Shown here in pieces: positions 22,849-31,192 of a stretch of DNA of 42,185 nucleotides. Position 1 is the first letter of the stretch. Each line of letters opens with the position of its first letter. The notes below the pieces were generated by a model. That model had not been told where the DNA came from and did not search any database. It worked only from the letters and a program-made list of their open reading frames with translations. The position numbers and the translations under genes were made by a program. The stretch is from contig JBAXVM010000002.1 of assembly GCA_037129105.1 (NCBI GenBank), positions 1-42,185 on the forward strand, given 5' to 3'. The stretch comes from a bacterium (GTDB lineage: Bacteria > Verrucomicrobiota > Kiritimatiellia > RFP12 > CAIWXQ01).

Positions 22849-25396
22849 TTGGTCCTGCCGGCGCGTTGGTGGAGAGCCAGAGCAGGGCTGCGGCGGCGGT
22901 CGGATTTTCCGGATCCAAGCCTTGTAGTTCCCGGGCACGGCTGCTGAGCCGAGTGCGCATTTCGGCTTGCAGCACCAGGTTGGAAACCGTCTGATAGGTG
23001 GCCTGCGCGTGCCGGATGGCGCGTGGCAGCGTGACGGGAAAACTCTCCGGCCAGCGCCGCGTCTGCTGATACAGATCATCGGCCACGACAGTCCAGCCCA
23101 GGTTGTCCACAAAGGCTGCCAGACGGCAAAAGCGCAGCGGCTCGAGACGACGGGATGGCGCCCAGAGACCATTCAGCTGCAGGGCGTTGACGATGCCGCC
23201 CGCCAGCAGACCCTCTTCCAGCGCCCGGTTGGCAGGATCGTACAGGGCTGCCAGGTCTGCCCGCCCCTGTCGCGCCAGCCAGTCCGCAAACAGCAGGCGC
23301 TGTTGCGCGGCGTTGGTTGGCGCGCACGGCAGACCATAGCGCGCCACAAAGTCTGCCAGGGGCGGCGTCTGCGCGGCAAAAACGGCGGCACAATCGTCCA
23401 GATACACCAGGCGCCAGCTGTTGGTTTTTCCCAGCGCCACGGCCAGCGGGCTGCGGTCCTCCTTCAGGTCAGTCAGCGAGAAACAGACCAGTCCGATGCC
23501 GTACGTGTCGGCCTCACGTGTGAAGAGCGCGGTGTCCCAGCGGGTGCGCGCGGCTGTGCAAAAGGACGACGGCGGATAGATTTCCGCGTGCCGTCCATCG
23601 AAATAGACCGGCCATTCCGGCCCGAAGCGCGCGAGAAAGAGGTTGGCGCTGCGGGTGTCGCCGTACAGCGTGCGGCAGGTGATTTCGTTCCGGTGCTGCG
23701 CTATAAAGTTGGCCGCAGCCAGCGGGTGCTCATGGTCGGAATAGCCGATGGCAAACCGCATCCGCCAGCCGAGCGAAGCGTAAAACTGCTCGCTGACAAT
23801 TGAACGATAGAAGCAGACCAGCGCCAGCGCGAGCAGCACCTGTGCCAGGCTGTGCGCGGCGCGGCTGTGGAGCAGCGCGATGCCGGTCTCGGCTGGTAGG
23901 GCGCGGGCGCTGCACGCGCCGTAAGTTGCCGGTTTGCCGCGGTCCAGTTGCTGCGGCGGGTCCGGCGGCCCCGCCCTACCGGATGGCACCCGGGTGCGGC
24001 GTAGAAAAAAGTACATCTGCCCCAGCAGCGCGGCAAACCCGTCCGCCACATACTCGATGCCGTTGGCCACCAGCGGCGCCACCACCAGCGGCAACAACGG
24101 AACATTGCGGATGGCCGTGAGTGAGAGATACGCCATGGCGGCGCAGGAGACGAGGTAGCCAAGCGAGAGACTAGATGTGAACATCCAACACCCAACATCC
24201 AACACCCAACATCGAAATTGAATCACGCAGCTGAACTTGGAGGTTGAATGTTCGGTGTTGAGTGTTGGATGTTCGGCTCTCACTCCTTCTAGCAATCTTC
24301 CCAGCAACCCCAGCCCTGCGAACACCCAGCAGGCGAGAAAAGCGTAACCCAGGCTGCCGGAACCCAGCACGGTTGCGAAGCTTACGGGTTGTCCTTCCAC
24401 TACACCGTTTTTATAGATTGGATCGATCAGGACGGAAAAAAGGTGGAACGGATAGAACGTGCCGGCCAGGCCATAGGGTGTTGCCAGACAGGCCAGGGTG
24501 GTCAGTATCGCCACAACCGACAGGCGTACCGGCGCCGGGCCGGTCGCGAGGCGCGAGATGGGCATTTCGCTCTGCGGTGCCAATCCGTGCGGGTCGACCG
24601 GATGATGCGCGCGCCCCTGCCACCAGCCGGCCAGCCAACCGAGCCAGGCGGCTCCGGCATAGGCCCACACCAGCACCGGACCAAACAGGAACGCCCCGTG
24701 GCTGTTGGTCCAAAGCACCTGCAGCAGCGGCAAAAGCCAGAGAATGTGTCGCGTGTCGCGTGTCGCGTGTCGCGCGAGTTTCCCCCCATGATCGCTGACT
24801 TCTGACTTCTGACCTCTGGCCTCTACGCTCTTCGCCGCTAGCGTAAGGATGATGAGAAACGAGCCGAGGAAGAGATAGGAGTTCAATTCCGGACGGCAGT
24901 TGATGCGCATCTGGAGCAGGCGGAGCATCAGGAGTACGGCCAGAACCGCCGGCACCGTGAGAAACGGCCAGCGCCAGTTCCAGCGCTCCCCGTTGGGGAC
25001 GGCTTCACGCCGTCCATTGTGCCCGCCGAAGTCCGGCTCTGCCCGGAGCGCCCCGTCGCGGTTGGCGCCGCGCCGCAGCAGCCACACCAGAAAGGCCGTC
25101 TGTAACGTGATCCCCAGCACCATGCCCACCTGCCACAGCGTGAGCCCGCCCCAGCCGAGGGCGGCGTGAAGCTTTGCGAGCATGACCTGGTACAGCCACG
25201 GCACGCTGACCCACTCGCAGCCCAGACGCATGGCAGAAAAGACGTCCTGCCGGATCACGTCGCCGTGCGCCAGCATCCACTGGCCGGTGCGCAGATGCCA
25301 GAGAACATCCGTGTCCGAGATCGGCCGAATGCTGAAGGCCGCTGCGACCAGCAGCAGCAGCAGCAGCAGCCAGGGTATGCGGGCGAAAAGGCGCAT
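22844..25396 (-). CDS. Large polytopic membrane protein, GT-C-like (putative glycosyltransferase), containing in-frame repeat modules
   Basis: ORF 22844..25402 (TTG). The ATG at 25394-25396 gives MRLFARIPWLLLLLLLV. The DTDVLWHLRTGQWML motif in the first loop and the many TM helices resemble GT-C-type membrane enzymes. The functional call is tentative. Confidence 0.55.
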   Translation of the reverse strand: MRLFARIPWLLLLLLLVAAAFSIRPISDTDVLWHLRTGQWMLAHGDVIRQDVFSAMRLGCEWVSVPWLYQVMLAKLHAALGWGGLTLWQVGMVLGITLQTAFLVWLLRRGANRDGALRAEPDFGGHNGRREAVPNGERWNWRWPFLTVPAVLAVLLMLRLLQMRINCRPELNSYLFLGSFLIILTLAAKSVEARGQKSEVSDHGGKLARHATRDTRHILWLLPLLQVLWTNSHGAFLFGPVLVWAYAGAAWLGWLAGWWQGRAHHPVDPHGLAPQSEMPISRLATGPAPVRLSVVAILTTLACLATPYGLAGTFYPFHLFSVLIDPIYKNGVVEGQPVSFATVLGSGSLGYAFLACWVFAGLGLLGRLLEGVRAEHPTLNTEHSTSKFSCVIQFRCWVLDVGCWMFTSSLSLGYLVSCAAMAYLSLTAIRNVPLLPLVVAPLVANGIEYVADGFAALLGQMYFFLRRTRVPSGRAGPPDPPQQLDRGKPATYGACSARALPAETGIALLHSRAAHSLAQVLLALALVCFYRSIVSEQFYASLGWRMRFAIGYSDHEHPLAAANFIAQHRNEITCRTLYGDTRSANLFLARFGPEWPVYFDGRHAEIYPPSSFCTAARTRWDTALFTREADTYGIGLVCFSLTDLKEDRSPLAVALGKTNSWRLVYLDDCAAVFAAQTPPLADFVARYGLPCAPTNAAQQRLLFADWLARQGRADLAALYDPANRALEEGLLAGGIVNALQLNGLWAPSRRLEPLRFCRLAAFVDNLGWTVVADDLYQQTRRWPESFPVTLPRAIRHAQATYQTVSNLVLQAEMRTRLSSRARELQGLDPENPTAAAALLWLSTNAPAGPR
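24179..24274. repeat. Intragenic heptamer-built palindrome, translated in frame
   Basis: The left arm is GAACATC CAACACC CAACATC CAACACC CAACATC GAA (24179-24216). The right arm is TTGAATGTTCGGTGTTGAGTGTTGGATGTTC (24244-24274). The outer 13 bp are perfectly complementary. On the minus strand it encodes ...PTLNTEHSTSKFSCVIQFRCWVLDVGCWMFT... Confidence 0.85.
24746..24822. repeat. Two intragenic 4x7-bp tandem arrays, translated in frame
   Basis: (GTGTCGC)x4 spans 24746-24773. CTGACTT CTGACTT CTGACCT CTGGCCT spans 24795-24822. Together they encode the hydrophilic loop ...EARGQKSEVSDHGGKLARHATRDTRH... Confidence 0.9.
25349..25369. repeat. (CAG)7 trinucleotide repeat encoding a poly-Leu stretch of the N-terminal TM helix
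   Basis: CAGCAGCAGCAGCAGCAGCAG on the plus strand is CTG x7 on the coding strand, giving WLLLLLLLV. Confidence 0.85.
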
Positions 25397-25540
25397 GGAC
25401 AAACGCTAGCATAGTTCGAGCCCCTGCACCAGCACATGGGGCGCTGGACCGCAGCAATAAATACAACCAACTGGTAGTGAAAGCGCAGTCATTCTGCCCG
25501 TTTTGAGAGGTATCGCAACCCGCTATCCGCGGGCTGCAAA

Positions 25541-25602
25541 CTAGGAACCTGTCGGCAGAAGGTGCTGGAACGATCCAAGGCCTAATGCCGACAGGTTCCT
25601 AG
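25541..25602. repeat. Family C' palindrome containing the stop codon of the BON-like gene
   Basis: CTAGGAACCTGTCGG (25541-25555) and CCGACAGGTTCCTAG (25588-25602) form a perfect 15-bp IR. The CTA at 25599-25601 is the minus-strand TAG stop of CDS 25599..25955. Confidence 0.9.
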
Positions 25603-25955
25603 GGCGCTTTGGACAAATCAAACGGTGTGTCGTCGTTTGCGTGTTTCCCGAACTTGCTGGCCACGTCGGAGGTCTTTGGCTTCCACCCATCCAGGGTGCC
25701 ATCGTGCTCCCAATTGGTAAGTCCGGCTGTGATGTGCGAGACGCCTTGGGTCTGGCGGAGCATCTTGAACAATGTGGCGACAAAGGCTGCGTCCAGTGTT
25801 TCATGGGAGCCCGGCAGCAGGCTTAAGACGCCGGTAATCCGGACGCTCCCGCGGCAGGAAGTAATGGAAACCCACCCCAGGTTGATGTTGTAGCGGACAA
25901 AAACCCGGCGTACATTGCGGTTGATCTCGAGATCAGAAATGGAAGACGGGGTCAT
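25599..25955 (-). CDS. Small hypothetical protein, BON-like
   Basis: DLEINRNVRRVFVRYNINLGWVSITSCRGSVRITGVLS resembles the BON-domain pattern (D..I...V...L......I.V....G.V.L.G). Its start overlaps the upstream response-regulator stop by 4 nt. Confidence 0.45.
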   Translation of the reverse strand: MTPSSISDLEINRNVRRVFVRYNINLGWVSITSCRGSVRITGVLSLLPGSHETLDAAFVATLFKMLRQTQGVSHITAGLTNWEHDGTLDGWKPKTSDVASKFGKHANDDTPFDLSKAP

Positions 25956-26350
25956 CCCTGTTCCTCGGCCGGGCCAATCAGCGCCTCTACTTTCTCGTAC
26001 AGACTTGCCAGGGTAAAAGGCTTATAGAGAATGTCGGTGTTGCCATCGGCAAATTCCTTCTGCCACATATCCAGAACGCTCTGGGATTCCAGCGTGAAGG
26101 AGCCGGCATAGGCGGTGATAAACAAGACGGGGGTCTTCTTCTTATGCCGCAGAGTTTTGAGCACGTCAAAGCCGCTCTTGCGCGGCATGCGGACATCCAG
26201 AAGCACGAGATCAAAGTGCTGTTGCTTGAAAATATCAAAAAAGGTCTGGTAATTGTCTGTTGTTGTGCACTGGAACCCTCGCGTGTCCAAGGCGAGTTTC
26301 AGGCACTTCAGGATCTCCGGATCATCATCCAGGGCGAGAATGTTCTTCAT
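25952..26350 (-). CDS. Single-domain CheY-like response regulator
   Basis: MKNILALDDDPEIL...DLVLLDVRMPRKSGFDVL...VLFITAY...LYKPF carries all the conserved receiver positions. Confidence 0.85.
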   Translation of the reverse strand: MKNILALDDDPEILKCLKLALDTRGFQCTTTDNYQTFFDIFKQQHFDLVLLDVRMPRKSGFDVLKTLRHKKKTPVLFITAYAGSFTLESQSVLDMWQKEFADGNTDILYKPFTLASLYEKVEALIGPAEEQG

Positions 26351-26446
26351 GGGAATGTCCGCCTTACCGATGTAAGAATTACCAGACGATACATATCAGA
26401 AGCATTGTGTTTCGGGCAAGCCATCATTCGGCGGCGCAAGAGCGCG

Positions 26447-26581
26447 GGGCGCAACTGCGATTCATGGACTTGCCGCTGCATTCGGGTAGAGACGGCTTTA
26501 CGCGGTCTACTCGTAAATGCCAGACAATGGACGGCGTAAAGCCGTCCCTACCGTGAAGGTCAATGAATCGCAGATGCACCC
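26447..26581. repeat. Family B full palindromic element (~135 bp)
   Basis: The outer IR pairs GGGCGCAACTGCGATTCATGGAC (26447-26469) with GTCAATGAATCGCAGATGCACCC (26559-26581), matching at 20 of 23 positions. The inner arms are GGTAGAGACGGCTTTACGCGGTCTAC and TGGACGGCGTAAAGCCGTCCCTACC. The core GCCAGACAATGGACGGCGTAAAGCCGTCCCTACCGTGAAGG (26519-26559) recurs at 35325-35365 and, inverted, at 31193-31229. Confidence 0.85.
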
Positions 26582-26609
26582 AAGAGCGCGTAAAATAAAC
26601 GAAACAGTC

Positions 26610-27887
26610 TTACGGCGTGTGGAAGCGTCGCGAGCGGCGGTATTGCGCCGGCGTGATGCCGGTTGATTCGCGGAAATGACGGGTGAAGTGACTCTGGTCG
26701 GCAAAACCCAGTGCCGCTGCGATCTCGGCGCAGGAGCGGGAGGTGGTTTCCAGCAGGCGACGGGCTTCTGCCGTGCGCAGCCGTTTAACGTGCTGCAGCA
26801 GGGATTGGCCCGTGGTGGCCTTGAGCAGGTGTGCCAGCCGGAACCGGCTGATGCCGGCGGCCTGCGCGGCGGCAGTCAGGGAGACTTGGGTGGTAAGATT
26901 CTGACTGACATAGTCCAGCGCCTGTCGTACGTGCAGATTTGTGCGCGCCAGCCCCTGGTGCGCCACTTCCCGCAGAAAGGCGTCCAGAGCTTCCCGGATC
27001 ATGCGGGCTAAACCTTCAAAGGTGCGGGCCGCGACAATTTGCTCGATCCAATGCTGGTGCGTGGTCATGAGCGAGGCCCGCTCCGGACTGTCCTCAATAG
27101 CTACACGGATCAGGTAGCCGAGCAATTCCAGCACGCGGGCTTGCAAGACCGGCTGGCGCGGCGAATCCAGAAACATGGCGGCGAGTAGCTGGTTCAGGTG
27201 TTTGCGTGCGCCATTCTGATCGCCGGCGCGCAACAGCAGCAGCAGACGGCGTTCCTCGGCGACGGGCCAGTTGCGGTTCTCCGCCAGTTTGCCCTGATGG
27301 ATCGCCTCCGCAATCTGTCGCTGCTGGAGGGCGTCTTCGCGATTCTTCCGCCATAACGTCGGCTTCCAGGAGGTGGCGGCGTAGGCGGTTTCGGCGAGCA
27401 GGTTGGCCACGGTATGGATGCGAACGTGCGGCCATACGGGCAGCGATTGCAGATGATTGTGCACGCGCTCAGAGGCCGGGCCCCAGGGTGCCAGATGCCG
27501 GACTACCCCCGGCACGTCCACGGCATCGTCGTCGTCGCAGGTAACTTCACCGCCGCATACGCCTCCCAGCAGGGTCTGGCCGTCTACCAGCGCCACGGCC
27601 CAGCTCCACACGCCGGAGGCCAGCAGGAAGACGTAGGGTTCACCCCAGCGCAGACTTTCCACGATCGCTTGCCGCCGCGCTTCAATCACCAGCGGGAGCG
27701 CATCCATTGGGTTGGGGTCGCCCAGCACACGTTGTCCATTGGGATACAGCAGGACGGGCGACAAACCGCAGGAATTCCGGTAATTACGAACGATGCGGCG
27801 CCAGGAAGACATGGCCAGGAAATGCTTCGTCGCCGCCGGGCGCGCTGGACTACGGTTTTCGGCTGTATGGACATAAACGTTGCGCAT
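26610..27887 (-). CDS. AraC-family transcriptional regulator with an N-terminal sensor domain (PocR-like, tentative)
   Basis: The C-terminal AraC HTH pair reads ISRFRLAHLLKATTGQSLLQHVKRLRTAEARRLL...IAAALGFADQSHFTRHFRESTGITPAQYRR. I chose the start MRNVYVH (ATG 27885-27887); ATG 27812 is also possible. Confidence 0.75.
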   Translation of the reverse strand: MRNVYVHTAENRSPARPAATKHFLAMSSWRRIVRNYRNSCGLSPVLLYPNGQRVLGDPNPMDALPLVIEARRQAIVESLRWGEPYVFLLASGVWSWAVALVDGQTLLGGVCGGEVTCDDDDAVDVPGVVRHLAPWGPASERVHNHLQSLPVWPHVRIHTVANLLAETAYAATSWKPTLWRKNREDALQQRQIAEAIHQGKLAENRNWPVAEERRLLLLLRAGDQNGARKHLNQLLAAMFLDSPRQPVLQARVLELLGYLIRVAIEDSPERASLMTTHQHWIEQIVAARTFEGLARMIREALDAFLREVAHQGLARTNLHVRQALDYVSQNLTTQVSLTAAAQAAGISRFRLAHLLKATTGQSLLQHVKRLRTAEARRLLETTSRSCAEIAAALGFADQSHFTRHFRESTGITPAQYRRSRRFHTP

Positions 27888-27998
27888 ATGAGCAAGAACA
27901 TACCAAAAATAACTATAAAGCGGCAATACTGGAATAATTAATGGGGGCATACTTTACGGAATAGCGACGGATCAGAATCAAACCAACCCGAGGGGGCG

Positions 27999-29093
27999 AT
28001 GATGCAGCGTACGTGGTACCAGCAGTTGGCGGAACAACGGCTTTGTATGCCGATCGGTGCGGATCTGGTCTTACACGGTGAGCCCGATCCGGCGGCAGTT
28101 TTGCGTGACGGCGCCGCGCTGGGGCGTGTGGTAGAAAAGACCGCCCGGCGGTTTCAAACACCGCTGGCGCTGCCGCTTATGGATTTGCAGCTCGAAAAGG
28201 CCACGCTTTTGCACGGCCTGGACATCCCGCCGGAGGAGGTGGCGACCTGGCATTTTGAGGCGCCTCCGACGGATGAGCAAATGACGACGCTGCGCCGCCG
28301 TATCCAGGATCCATTGGTTCCCCGGCAACAGATACACGTCGACGCAATTGCCTATATTGTCCGGCATGCGCCTGACCTCATGCCATGTGGCATGCAGATC
28401 GGGCCTTTTTCGTTGATGACCAAGCTGTTGAAGGATCCCATTACACCGGTGTATCTGGCTGGCATGGGTGTGGCGGCGGAGGAGGATGAGGGCGTGGCTG
28501 CCCTGGAGCGCACACTGGAGCTGGCCAGCCTGGCGGTCGAGCGATCGTTGCGTGCGCAACTGGAGGCTGGCGCGCGTCTGATCTGTATCGCGGAGCCGGC
28601 GGCCAACCGCGTGTATATTTCCCCCAAGCAGATCGAGGAAGGATCCGATGTGTTTGATCGGGTCGTGATGCCTAATTTGCGGCGGATCAAGACCATCCTG
28701 GAGGAGCATCAGGCGGATCTCTTCTTCCATTGCTGCGGAGAGCTGACGGATTACATGCTCGGCAAGTTTAGTGAACTCGATCCGGCGGTGATGAGCCTTG
28801 GCTGTTCGCGGTCGCTCTGGGACGTGGCCCGCGTGGTTCCTTCCACGACCGTGCTGTTTGGTAACCTGCCGTCCAAGCAGTTCTACTCCGATGCCGTAAT
28901 GAGCGTGGAGACCGTGCAAGCGCAGGCCGGGGAACTGGTGGCGCGTATGCAGGCGATCGGACGCCCCTTTATCCTCGGCTCCGAGTGCGACGTGCTTCAT
29001 GTCAACGGCAGTGAGGAGACCATCTGGCGCAAGGTGGATGCCTTCCTGGCGGTTGGCCGTGGCGAACCCGTGGCTGCCCGCACCCGGGCCTAA
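27999..29093 (+). CDS. Uroporphyrinogen decarboxylase (URO-D) family protein, MtaA/CmuA-like fold
   Basis: URO-D family blocks are present: IGPFSLMTKLL, QLEAGARLICIAEPAA, FFHCCGELTDYM, VLFGNLPSKQF and FILGSECDV. Confidence 0.65.
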   Translation: MMQRTWYQQLAEQRLCMPIGADLVLHGEPDPAAVLRDGAALGRVVEKTARRFQTPLALPLMDLQLEKATLLHGLDIPPEEVATWHFEAPPTDEQMTTLRRRIQDPLVPRQQIHVDAIAYIVRHAPDLMPCGMQIGPFSLMTKLLKDPITPVYLAGMGVAAEEDEGVAALERTLELASLAVERSLRAQLEAGARLICIAEPAANRVYISPKQIEEGSDVFDRVVMPNLRRIKTILEEHQADLFFHCCGELTDYMLGKFSELDPAVMSLGCSRSLWDVARVVPSTTVLFGNLPSKQFYSDAVMSVETVQAQAGELVARMQAIGRPFILGSECDVLHVNGSEETIWRKVDAFLAVGRGEPVAARTRA

Positions 29094-29127
29094 GTCCGAC
29101 AGGCTGCTAGCAGCCTGTCGGACTTAG
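29090..29127. repeat. Family C perfect 38-bp palindrome containing the stop codon of the URO-D family gene
   Basis: CTAAGTCCGACAGGCTGCTAGCAGCCTGTCGGACTTAG equals its own reverse complement. The TAA at 29091-29093 is the stop codon of CDS 27999..29093. Confidence 0.9.
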
Positions 29128-29322
29128 CGCTGGCATATTACAGATTTTGTGCCGACCTGGCTGCTAGGCATGGGGCAAGCATACGCCAAGCATCGGATTC
29201 CAGTATAAGATGCAAACAATTGATAAACAGAAAGGCATTCTGGTCGTTATTTGAGGTCTCGCAACCCGCCGTAACCGGTTGGCAAATGGCACTAACCGTG
29301 AAGAACTTGCGTTGGTTCCTCT

Positions 29323-29425
29323 TGTCATTCCGAGCAACGCGAGAGCCTGCCCTGAGCTTGCCGAAGGGAATCTCCCTTCTCCCTGCCGCCGCACCGGGAG
29401 ATTCCTCACTCTGTTCGGAATGACA
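29323..29425. repeat. Family K hairpin (GTCATTCCGAGC...TCGGAATGAC type)
   Basis: TGTCATTCCGAGCA (29323-29336) pairs with TGTTCGGAATGACA (29412-29425), with an inner GGGAATCTCCC...GGGAGATTCC pair. The spurious ORF peptides VIPSNARACPELAEG and CHSEQSEESPG are typical of this widespread repeat type. Confidence 0.75.
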
Positions 29426-29499
29426 AGCGCTGCTTCCTTCCTCTTCCTCATACACCGCAACCGCAATAGAACCGGCGCATGGCGGTGGGTTTCCGGGAA

Positions 29500-29560
29500 C
29501 TAGCAGCCTGGTCGGCAGACAGTTTGTACCTCCACAAGGCTAAGTCCGACAGGCTGCTAG
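29500..29560. repeat. Family C long form, overlapping the last 7 codons and the stop of uxaC
   Basis: The sequence is CTAGCAGCCTGGTCGGCAGACAGTTTGTACCTCCACAAGGCTAAGTCCGACAGGCTGCTAG. The uxaC C-terminus ...FALAACRT plus stop (CTA 29540-29542) is encoded by the right arm. Confidence 0.85.
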
Positions 29561-30976
29561 GGCAAAGCCAAAGTAGCGCACGGCATTGTGGTAACAGATG
29601 TCCTGGACCAGGCTGCCGATCCACGGGAGGTCGTTGGGGATCTGGCCGGTGGCGATGTCGTCGCCGAGCAGATTGCAGAGGATGCGGCGGAAGTATTCGT
29701 GGCGTGGATAGCTGAGGAATGAGCGGCTGTCCGTGAGCATGCCCGCGAAGCGGCTCAGAAGCCCGAGCTGCGAGAGCGCCTCGAGTTGACGCCGCATGCC
29801 GTCCTTCTGGTCGTTGAACCACCAGCCGCTGCCGAGCTGCATCTTGCCGGCCATGGGGCCGCGCTGGAAGTTGCCGAGCATGGTGGCAACGACCTCGTTG
29901 TCGCGGGGGTTGAGCGTATAGACAAGGGTGCGCGGCAGGGCGTCGAGCTGATCGAGCCGGTCGAAGAGGCGCCCCATGGCCTGCGCCACGGGCCAGTCGC
30001 CCATGGAGTCGACCCCGGCGTCCGGTCCGAGCTGGCGGAACAGACGCGTGTTGTTGTTGCGCAGCGCATTGTAGTGCAGCTGCCAGGTCCAGTCAGCCGC
30101 CGCATCCATGCGGCCGCATTCGAAGAGCAGGGCGGAGCGGAATTGCGCCACCTCATCCGGCGTGGCCGTGCCGCCGCCGCGCACCCTGGCAAACACCTGC
30201 CGCACCTGGGCGTCGGTATACGGTTCGGCATAGAGGGTTTCCAGACCGTAGTCGGACAGGCGGCAGCCGAGCGAGGCGAAGAAATCGTGGCGCTTCTGCA
30301 AGGCCTGTAGGAGGTCGTCCAGCGTACGCACGTCCTGTTTTGCGGCCACAGCCAGTCGGTCTAGCCAGGCATTCCAGAACTCTGGGCGGTCCATGGCGAG
30401 CGCCTTGTCCGGCCGCCAGGTGGGGAGCAGTTGCACGCCAAAAGGTGCGGCCCGCACGGCCGCGTGGTGTTCCAGCGTATCGGTCGGGTCGTCCGTGGTG
30501 CAGACGAGGCGGACGTTGCTGCGCAGCATGAAGCCGCGCGCCGAGCAGCCGGGGGCGGCCAGCTGCGCGTTGACGCGTGTCCAGACGGACTCGGCCGTGG
30601 CAGGTGTGAGCAGCTCCGTAATGCCGAAGTAGCGGGCGAGCTCCAGGTGCGACCAGTCGTACAGCGGATTGCGCAGCAGGTACGGCATGGTTTCGCTGAA
30701 TTTTTGGAACTTTTCGCGTGCGGGGGCATCGCCGGTGATGAAGCGCTCGTCCACGCCATTGGCGCGCAGGGCGCGCCACTTATAGTGATCGCCGCCCAGC
30801 CAGAGCTCCGCCAGGTTCGGCCAGCGCGCATCCTGTGCGATCTGCGCGGGCGGCAGGTGGCAGTGATAGTCCACGATCGGCATGGCCGCGGCGTAGCGAT
30901 GATAGAGCTCCCGCGCGGGCTTGGACTGCAGCAGGAAGTCGTCATGGATAAAGGACTTCGGTTGGCGACGGGGCAT
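29540..30976 (-). CDS. uxaC: Glucuronate isomerase
   Basis: FIHDDFLLQSKPARELYH...MPIVDYHCHLPP...GDHYKWRALRANGV are classic UxaC blocks. The start was trimmed to MPRRQPKSF (ATG 30974-30976). Confidence 0.9.
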   Translation of the reverse strand: MPRRQPKSFIHDDFLLQSKPARELYHRYAAAMPIVDYHCHLPPAQIAQDARWPNLAELWLGGDHYKWRALRANGVDERFITGDAPAREKFQKFSETMPYLLRNPLYDWSHLELARYFGITELLTPATAESVWTRVNAQLAAPGCSARGFMLRSNVRLVCTTDDPTDTLEHHAAVRAAPFGVQLLPTWRPDKALAMDRPEFWNAWLDRLAVAAKQDVRTLDDLLQALQKRHDFFASLGCRLSDYGLETLYAEPYTDAQVRQVFARVRGGGTATPDEVAQFRSALLFECGRMDAAADWTWQLHYNALRNNNTRLFRQLGPDAGVDSMGDWPVAQAMGRLFDRLDQLDALPRTLVYTLNPRDNEVVATMLGNFQRGPMAGKMQLGSGWWFNDQKDGMRRQLEALSQLGLLSRFAGMLTDSRSFLSYPRHEYFRRILCNLLGDDIATGQIPNDLPWIGSLVQDICYHNAVRYFGFALAACRT

Positions 30977-31045
30977 GGCGCATTCCTTTCGCAACGAATA
31001 CCGCATGATAGCGAGAGCCGCGCGGGTTGGCGAGCCCTCAGCAGC

Positions 31046-31147
31046 AGTTCTCATTATGGTGCCAAAACGCCTTACGGCGTCACTACAAACAGTTTAGAAA
31101 CGGCAATAAGCCGTTCGTAGTGTGCCCGTAAGGGCATCCGTGTCGCC
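31046..31147. repeat. Family A copy, truncated at the right end
   Basis: AGTTCTCATTATGGTGCCAAAACGCCTTACGGCGTCACTACAAACAG...GCCGTTCGTAGTGTGCCCGTAAGGGCATCCGTGTCGCC lacks the terminal ATAATGAGAACT. Confidence 0.8.
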
Positions 31148-31192
31148 TTTTGTGTTGAGATATGGCTGGCCGAGAGCAGTCTCGACAAAGGT

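Noticed and set aside
29138-29503. Small ORFs in the uxaC downstream gap: 29138..29455(-), 29164..29466(-), 29220..29423(+) and 29279..29503(+).
   Set aside because: They are translations of the Family K hairpin and neighbouring repeats (peptides such as VIPSNARACPELAEG and CHSEQSEESPG). They mutually overlap on both strands and have no RBS.
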